From positions 320,001 to 384,000 of the forward strand of contig OZ219802.1 in NCBI GenBank assembly GCA_964291655.2: DNA of 64,000 nt, read 5' to 3'. The notes under the pieces are model-generated. The model was given only the letters and a program-made list of their open reading frames with translations. It was not told where the DNA came from and searched no databases. Every line of letters starts with the position of its first letter. Within the stretch, counting starts at the first letter, position 1. Positions 57,589 to 64,000 of the stretch are shown here, piece after piece. Position numbers and translations under genes: made by a program. The DNA comes from Chloroflexota bacterium. GTDB lineage: Bacteria > Chloroflexota > UBA11872 > VXOZ01.

Positions 57589-57668
57589 GGGAATCCCATG
57601 CGGGCGGCCGGGCCGGACACACGGAGCTAACGCAAGCCGCAGAAAGACTTCGACCGAGAGGAAAAACA

Positions 57669-58772
57669 ATGTCAGAAGAGTTAGAAGCCAAACATGAGCG
57701 CATCGCCCAATTTCTCGCGGGACAGAGTCTCGACGCTCTCGTCCTCGGGCGTGTGGCGAACTTTGCCTGGGCGACAGGCGGACGCGACGGCTTCATCATG
57801 GTTGCCACCGAACATGCCGCGGCGCACCTGATCTACACTGCTGATGAGAAAGCCCTGGTGGCGGATCGCATTGAGATGCCGCGATTTCAAGGCGAAGAAG
57901 GTCTCATGCCACCTGAGTGGACGCCGATAGCACCGTACTGGCACGCCGACCGGGCCCAAATGGTCCACTGGAACACGGTGGCCCAAGGCAAGCGTACCGG
58001 CGCAGACACCGACATCCCGGGCGCGCAGAAGCTCCCCGGTGATATCGCGCGACTGCGCTATCAACTGCTGCCTGAAGAGATCAAGCGATATCGCGCGCTG
58101 GGCCGGGCGGCCGCACACGTGCTCGAGTTAGTCGCCCACGAGATCGCGCCCGGCATGACAGAACATGCAATTGCCGGCGCAATTGCCGGTAAAGCTATCG
58201 CCCAGGGTCTCCAGGCGGCATTAACGCTCGTAGCGACCGATGAGCGCATCTTCAAGTACCGGCACCCTATCCCTACGGCAAAGTCGCTGGATAAGTACGC
58301 CATGCTTGTACTGTGTGCACGCCAACACGGCCTCATCTGTTCAGTGACGCGCTTTGTGCATTTTGGGGAAATTCCCAATGAGATTCGGACAAAGTCAGCC
58401 GCCTGCGCGCAGGTAGACGCAGCCTTTGTCCTCGGTTCGGTGCCGGGCCGCCCGGCACGCGATGTCTTTGCCGAGGCCGTAAACGAGTACGCCAAGGCCG
58501 GGTATGCGGACGAATGGCGGTATCACCACCAGGGCGGGGCGTGCGGCTACGAGTCACGCGACTACAAGGCGTCGCCTGTGAGCCAAGAGGTAATTCTTGA
58601 GAATCAAGCCTTTGCGTGGAACCCGAGCATCGCGGGCGTAAAGAGCGAGGACACAACCCTCGTAACCGCGAACGGGATCGATGTCCTCACCGCCGCTTCT
58701 GCCGATTGGCCGATGATCTCAGTGGAATGGCAAGGCAAGACGATTGAACGGCCTGCCATCCTCCAGCGATAG
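57669..58772 (+). CDS. M24 family (Xaa-Pro peptidase-like) protein
   Basis: NFAWATGG, YRHP, VTR, HHQGG..GY, WNPS..G.KSEDT. Confidence 0.85.
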   Translation: MSEELEAKHERIAQFLAGQSLDALVLGRVANFAWATGGRDGFIMVATEHAAAHLIYTADEKALVADRIEMPRFQGEEGLMPPEWTPIAPYWHADRAQMVHWNTVAQGKRTGADTDIPGAQKLPGDIARLRYQLLPEEIKRYRALGRAAAHVLELVAHEIAPGMTEHAIAGAIAGKAIAQGLQAALTLVATDERIFKYRHPIPTAKSLDKYAMLVLCARQHGLICSVTRFVHFGEIPNEIRTKSAACAQVDAAFVLGSVPGRPARDVFAEAVNEYAKAGYADEWRYHHQGGACGYESRDYKASPVSQEVILENQAFAWNPSIAGVKSEDTTLVTANGIDVLTAASADWPMISVEWQGKTIERPAILQR

Positions 58773-58783
58773 GACGCGACGCA

Positions 58784-59701
58784 TTGCAGTCAACACCGCC
58801 TTCTCTGCAGCAGTCTGAGCACGACAGCCCCAAGCCCCCGCTGGAATGGCGCGGCATTGGGGTTTTCTTGGGTTGTGCTTTCGGTGTGACATGGGGAGTG
58901 TGGGGGATCGTCTTCCTGCTGGGCGGCCTTGGGAACTTGCTTGTCTTTACGGTGGGGTCTCTGCTTGCGATGTGGGGACCGGGCGTAGCCGCCATTTTCT
59001 GCAGCCGGTACATAACGCCCATGTCCAAACGCGACCTCGGCCTGCAGCGCGGCTTCCTGGAGCGCTACGCCAGCATCTACTTCTTCGTAATTCTCTTTCT
59101 CATCGCCGCGATGGGCCTGAGTGTTGGACTAGGCCTTCAGGAGGTCAATGCCACCCTTGAACCGCTGAGCAGCGAAATTGCAGACCAACAGTACCCCTTC
59201 AACGATCCGATTCTGGTGGTGTTCATCAACATCATAACCGCTTTTACCCTGGCGGCTCTGATCAACAGCCTCTTTGCGCTCGGTGAGGAACTTGGCTGGC
59301 GCGGCTACCTGCTGGCAAAGTTGGCGCCGCTCGGCATGAGCCGCGCGAGTTTACTTATCGGCGTAATCTGGGGAGTGTGGCATGCGCCGGCCATCTTCAT
59401 GGGCTACAACTATCCCGGACACCCGTTGATGGGCGCCCTCTTCATGGTCTGGTTCGCGATTGGGTGGAGCGTCATCTTTACATGGCTCCGCCAGGTGACA
59501 CACAGCGTGCTGGCTGCCGCTTTCGGTCACGGCCTCCTAAACGCCGTCGCCGGACTTCCGCTGCTCCTTCTGCTAGACACAGATTCTCTCATTCGGGCGC
59601 CGCTTGGCATCACCGGCCTCGTGCCGCTGACGTTGCTGGCAGTGCTGGTCTTCGGGCTGCTGCGAAGACAAGAACGCGAGGGTGTGGAATCGGCGGCGTG
59701 A
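58784..59701 (+). CDS. CPBP/Abi (CAAX) family intramembrane metalloprotease
   Basis: GEELGWRGYL, WGVWH, HGLLN; multi-TM. Confidence 0.92.
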   Translation: MQSTPPSLQQSEHDSPKPPLEWRGIGVFLGCAFGVTWGVWGIVFLLGGLGNLLVFTVGSLLAMWGPGVAAIFCSRYITPMSKRDLGLQRGFLERYASIYFFVILFLIAAMGLSVGLGLQEVNATLEPLSSEIADQQYPFNDPILVVFINIITAFTLAALINSLFALGEELGWRGYLLAKLAPLGMSRASLLIGVIWGVWHAPAIFMGYNYPGHPLMGALFMVWFAIGWSVIFTWLRQVTHSVLAAAFGHGLLNAVAGLPLLLLLDTDSLIRAPLGITGLVPLTLLAVLVFGLLRRQEREGVESAA

Positions 59702-59957
59702 GCTCCCCAGGAATGGGAGATGGAATTGCGTGCCGCACGGCAAGAGACTTCACGATTCGCGCCACGGTCTATGCCAACGCCTATTGCGGCTGTCCGGTTC
59801 ACTCTTCGAACTTCGGAAGGGTTGAGACTGATTCCTCTGACGCTTCGAAAGGCGTATCCGCTAAAGTCGAGAGAACACCAAGTCACCCGACACTTCCGCG
59901 CGGTTCCAGCAATGACCTTGCGCTAGGACACTGCCCAGAATACCTCACACAAATCGC

Positions 59958-61799
59958 TTACGCCTGGTCGGCAAACTGCATCGTGTAGAGTTGGAAGTAG
60001 CTGCCTCTCCGCCGGAGCAATTCCTCGTGGGTGCCTTGCTCTACAATCTTGCCCCTATCCATTACGATCACCTGGCTGGCATTCTGGATGGTGGACAAGC
60101 GGTGGGCGATTACGAAACTCGTCCGTCCGCGCATAAGCACTTTCAAGGCTTCCTGTATCTGCTGCTCAGTTTCGGTATCCACGTTGGACGTAGCCTCATC
60201 GAGCACGAGAATGCGTGGGTCGGCGAGGAGTGCCCGCGCAAACGAGAGCAATTGCCGCTGACCGATTGAGAGTTGCGTGCCGCGTTCGCCAACCATCGTT
60301 TCATAGCGAAAGGGCTGCGCCTCTAGAAAGTCATGGAGACGCACCGCCTTGGCAACCGCTACGATCTCCTCATCGGAAGCATCGAGCTTACCGTAACGGA
60401 TATTCTCACTAACGGTGCCCGAAAACAGAAACGGTTCCTGCAGAACGAGTCCAATCTGGTCGCGCAAGCTCTCGACGGTGACGCTGCCAATATTGTAGCC
60501 GTCGACCGTCACCGTGCCCGACCGAATGTCATAGAAGCGGCAGAGAACATTGATAATGGACGTCTTCCCCGCGCCGGTGTGTCCGACGATGGCGAAGATC
60601 TCTCCCGGTTTCGCGTCCAGCGAAATGCCGTGGAGCACAGGCGTATCCTCGACGTATTCAAAGACAACGTTTTCGAAGCGGACGTGGCCGCGCACTGCCG
60701 GCAGGGCCCGGGCATCCGGCGCGTTCACAATGTCCGGCTTCTGGTCCAGCAGTGCAAATACCCGCTCGCTGGCAGCCATAGCCGACTGCATCTGGTTGAA
60801 GCGCGCAGAGATGCTCTGCAGGGGCTGGAAGAACCGTTGCACATAACTCAGGAAGGCAACAAGGATCCCGAGAGTGAGGGTGCCCTGGACGACTGCCACG
60901 CCACCAAACCAGATGATGATTACGATAGCGACCGAATTTATGATGCTTACGGTTGGCGAAAAAGCCGCGGCGAGTCCGTTTGCCTTTAACGTAGATCTCA
61001 CGTACCGATCGCTCAAACCCGTGAACCTGCGCAAATTCTCAACTTGACGAGAGTACGCTTGGGTCACGCGTACGCCCAGGATGCTCTCCGCAAAATACCC
61101 ATTCATTACGCTGCGTTCTTCACGGGCCTCGCGCCACGCGTTGCGAGTCTTGCCTTTGAAAAAGAAAGCCACGGCGATGAGGCCGGGGAAGACAATGAAC
61201 GTGAAGAGCGCCAGTTGCCAGTGCATGTATAACATGACAAAAAGGATGCCCACCAAGATGAAGAGATCCGTAGCGGTGTTCACGATGCCTTCCGTAACGA
61301 GACGGTTGATGTCCCGCACGTCGCTTGTTACACGTGTGATGATCCGCCCGGCGCGGTTGCGGTCGTAGAAGCCCAGCGAGAGACGTTGGAGGTGCTCAAA
61401 GAGGCCCTGGCGCAGTGAGAAGAGCAACTGCTGGCCCAGCCAGCTTATGATCCAGCCCCGTGCTCCCATGGCGCCAAAGAGCACTAGTCCGGCGGCGAGA
61501 TAGAGTACGGCGAGAATATCAAGTCCGCGCAAATCGCCACTGGCGAGCGGACCGTCGATGGCCAGCTTGAGCAAGAAGGGACGTAGCACGCTCGCTACCG
61601 TATAGATGAAAGTGACGATAACCCCGCCTGCTATTTGCCAGCGGAATCCTGCCGTATAACCGAAGAGGCGGGCAATGATCTTGAAGTCGATCTCACCCTT
61701 AACCTGCTCCTCCTCGTCCACCGGCTCTGCAGAGGGCTTGTTGGGCGCCTTGCGGTTTTCGTTCGCGGAAGGCGGCGGCTGTTTGGCACGCTCAGTCAT
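59958..61799 (-). CDS. Type IV ABC exporter subunit (TMD+NBD) with canonical Walker B and H-loop
   Basis: GHTGAGKT, LSIGQRQ, LDEATS, IAHR; start at ATG 61799 overlapping partner stop. Confidence 0.94.
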   Translation of the reverse strand: MTERAKQPPPSANENRKAPNKPSAEPVDEEEQVKGEIDFKIIARLFGYTAGFRWQIAGGVIVTFIYTVASVLRPFLLKLAIDGPLASGDLRGLDILAVLYLAAGLVLFGAMGARGWIISWLGQQLLFSLRQGLFEHLQRLSLGFYDRNRAGRIITRVTSDVRDINRLVTEGIVNTATDLFILVGILFVMLYMHWQLALFTFIVFPGLIAVAFFFKGKTRNAWREAREERSVMNGYFAESILGVRVTQAYSRQVENLRRFTGLSDRYVRSTLKANGLAAAFSPTVSIINSVAIVIIIWFGGVAVVQGTLTLGILVAFLSYVQRFFQPLQSISARFNQMQSAMAASERVFALLDQKPDIVNAPDARALPAVRGHVRFENVVFEYVEDTPVLHGISLDAKPGEIFAIVGHTGAGKTSIINVLCRFYDIRSGTVTVDGYNIGSVTVESLRDQIGLVLQEPFLFSGTVSENIRYGKLDASDEEIVAVAKAVRLHDFLEAQPFRYETMVGERGTQLSIGQRQLLSFARALLADPRILVLDEATSNVDTETEQQIQEALKVLMRGRTSFVIAHRLSTIQNASQVIVMDRGKIVEQGTHEELLRRRGSYFQLYTMQFADQA

Positions 61800-63582
61800 G
61801 TGCTGTCCCGTCATCACTCTGGACCCAGCCGGCCTCGCGTGCAAGCGCGGCCATGCGCTCTTGATCCTTGAGCTGGATATCATAAATGCGCGCGTAGAAT
61901 CCCTCTCGTTGGATGAGTTCCTCGTGCGTGCCTCGGTCGACAATTCGGCCATCCTCTATGACGAGGATGAGGTCCGCATCCTTGATCGTGGAGATGCGTT
62001 GCGCCACTACGAACATCGTGCAGTCTTTGGCGTATTCCTTTAGGCCCTCATAGATCCGGTATTCCGTCTCCGTGTCGACGCTGGCGGTGGCGTCGTCCAA
62101 GATGAGAATCGGCCGCCGCAGCAGCAGCGTACGCGCGAGCGCGGTACGTTGCCGCTGACCGCCGGACAGGCCGGCCCCACGCTCGCCAACGCGGTGTTGA
62201 TAGCCTTCTGCAAACTCAGTGATAAAATCATGGGCTTGGGCGGCTGTGGCCGCAGCCACGATCTCATCCATGCTGGCATCAGGCCGGCCGTAAGCGATGT
62301 TGTTCGCCAGCGTGTCCGCATAGAGGAGTGGCTCTTGGAGCGCGATCCCAATCTGCTCCCTCAGGGACTCCTGCGTAACGTCGCGCACGTCGTGGCCGTC
62401 AACTTTGACCGCACCCTCCTGCACGTCGTAGAACCGCGCAATCAGGTAAAGGAGCGTGCTCTTGCCACTGCCGGTGGGTCCCACGATGGCAATCATCTTG
62501 CCTGACGCGGCTTCAAGATTGACTTCATGCAGCACGGAGTGGCCGCGCTCATATGCGAATGAGACATCTTCCAGCGTTACTTGCCCGTTGATGGGCGGAA
62601 GCTCATGGGCACCGGTCCGGTCCCGCACAGGCGAACGTGTGTCGATCACGCCAAAAAGGCGCTCTCCGCTCGTCATACTGGATGCGATACTATCCATGAT
62701 GCCGGGGAGTTGCTGGGTCGGCTGCACAAGCATCTGAAAGTAGGTGATGAATGCCACGAGCGCGCCAATTGACAGTTCGCCTCCAATGACGAGCCGACCG
62801 CCAAGCCATAGGACGATGACAATACCGGAAACCGCAACCATATTCATGAGCGGGCCGAACGTCGAATTGAGATTAACTGCCCGCATCATGAGACGCACCA
62901 GTTCGCGCCCCTCCCGCTCAAACTTCGCCTTTTCGTGGGATTCCCGCGCAAAGGCCTTTACCACGCGCGCGCCGTTGATAGCTTCTTCCAACGTTACAAC
63001 GACACGCTCACGCTGTTGCCGAATCCAACCGTAAGCGGGACGCACACGCTTGTGGTAGACCCACGCGGTCACGCTCAAGATGGGGAGAAGCGGCAGCGAC
63101 CAGAGAGCAAGCTCGCCACTGAGCCAGAACATGATAGAGAGCACGATTGCATAGCGCAGGAAGGTATCGAGGATATTTATGATGGCTTGGGTGCCGAATC
63201 CCTGCACCAGCTCGATATCGCTCAAGGCGACGGATATCATCTCACCTGCCTGAATCTTGTCGTGAAAACCAAATGAAAGATGTTGCAGGTGGTCGTAGAG
63301 CTGCGAGCGCAGATCATACCCCGTCTTTTGGGACGTGGCGGCGGTGAAGAATGCCTTGCCAAAGAGAAAGAGCGCCGCAAGAATCGCCACTGAAATTATT
63401 GCGCCGCTCATGACCCCAATGAATTGTAGGTCTTTCTTCTCCAGGCCATTGTCGATGACTTCCTTGAAGAGCGTAGGTGCGACCAAGCTCAGCGCCGTAC
63501 TTATGAGCCACGAGCCATACGCCAGGAAGGCAAAGCCACGGTGCCGGAACGATGCAGCGATGAGTCGACGAAGAATCTCCAT
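61792..63582 (-). CDS. Type IV ABC exporter subunit (TMD+NBD) with degenerate Walker B and H-loop
   Basis: GPTGSGKST, LSGGQRQR, LDDATAS, VAQR. Confidence 0.94.
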   Translation of the reverse strand: MEILRRLIAASFRHRGFAFLAYGSWLISTALSLVAPTLFKEVIDNGLEKKDLQFIGVMSGAIISVAILAALFLFGKAFFTAATSQKTGYDLRSQLYDHLQHLSFGFHDKIQAGEMISVALSDIELVQGFGTQAIINILDTFLRYAIVLSIMFWLSGELALWSLPLLPILSVTAWVYHKRVRPAYGWIRQQRERVVVTLEEAINGARVVKAFARESHEKAKFEREGRELVRLMMRAVNLNSTFGPLMNMVAVSGIVIVLWLGGRLVIGGELSIGALVAFITYFQMLVQPTQQLPGIMDSIASSMTSGERLFGVIDTRSPVRDRTGAHELPPINGQVTLEDVSFAYERGHSVLHEVNLEAASGKMIAIVGPTGSGKSTLLYLIARFYDVQEGAVKVDGHDVRDVTQESLREQIGIALQEPLLYADTLANNIAYGRPDASMDEIVAAATAAQAHDFITEFAEGYQHRVGERGAGLSGGQRQRTALARTLLLRRPILILDDATASVDTETEYRIYEGLKEYAKDCTMFVVAQRISTIKDADLILVIEDGRIVDRGTHEELIQREGFYARIYDIQLKDQERMAALAREAGWVQSDDGTAHD

Positions 63583-63603
63583 ATGGCGGCCTATGCCATC
63601 TTT

Positions 63604-63999
63604 CTAAAGGGGTTGTCTGCCTGCAAAGCCGGTATGCAATTCATGCCAGAAGCGTATGTCGTCCTCCCCCTGCTTCCAGCAAAGATAAATGACCCGTCCA
63701 TCGCGCTCCGCGGGGAAGTCCACCAGACCTTGCTCAACGTCCTTCAGCACTGCGCCCGTTCCCACGATCTCCTTGATCAAAGACTCGGCCTCATCGCGCA
63801 AGGCTTGGATTTCGCGCAAGTGCGGCAAAGACGATGCGGACTTCGACCTGGGATGTCCGTTGCTGCGCTGCAGCGAGGCAGGATATTCCTCTCCCTCGGC
63901 ATACTGTCTGAATTGAGCGTAGATCTCTTGTAGACGGGCGATAGCTTCGCTCACGCGCGGCAAGATGGCATTGGCTTCTTGCAGCGTAAAGAGCTTGAG
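63604..63999 (-). CDS. DUF2203 family protein (5' truncated by window edge)
   Basis: Frame continues to edge (KLFTLQEANAILP); KD...GLVDFP, YLCWKQGE, FWH...GFAGR. Confidence 0.88.
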   Translation of the reverse strand, partial: LKLFTLQEANAILPRVSEAIARLQEIYAQFRQYAEGEEYPASLQRSNGHPRSKSASSLPHLREIQALRDEAESLIKEIVGTGAVLKDVEQGLVDFPAERDGRVIYLCWKQGEDDIRFWHELHTGFAGRQPL

Positions 64000-64000
64000 C

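Noticed and set aside
57390-57668. Long N-terminal extensions in the ORF track (also pgk, acyl-CoA ligase, murC, yggS, ABC subunit)
   Set aside because: Downstream starts fit family N-termini and SD placement better; several extensions overlap neighbouring genes

Overview
A 64-kb bacterial chromosomal segment, gene-dense and moderately GC-rich, most likely from a member of the Chloroflexota. That assignment is inferred from protein style (a Chloroflexota-like hypothetical after nadC, htpX-pspAB, FemAB pair, Cys-rich RsmH insert, DUF2203) and was not verified by a database search. Core genes include gap-pgk, nadBC, queG, a trimmed dcw cluster (mraZ-rsmH-ftsL-ftsI-ftsW-murC-murB-ftsQ-ftsA-ftsZ), metG-tatD-hepT-menG, yggS-yggT-yggU-hisS, lgt, trxA, dnaA and rdgB. 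They are interleaved with single catabolic genes (acyl-CoA ligase, HpcH aldolase, CocE/NonD, MlrC, GH4, nitrilase, class III aminotransferase, aldo/keto reductase). I found no tRNA, rRNA, CRISPR array, transposase, integrase or phage gene, and I cannot point to an unambiguous new system. The best leads are: a dcw cluster cleanly lacking murE/murF/mraY/murD/murG/ddl; a beta-helix membrane protein followed by tandem FemABX genes; MraZ operator repeats that embed DnaA boxes while dnaA sits alone without dnaN or visible boxes; an Lgt with substituted catalytic residues next to a membrane-fused SpeE-like transferase; a decaying DtxR-family pseudogene; possible ATA/ATT start codons; and a ~160-nt rod-like intergenic hairpin. 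All analysis was by eye.
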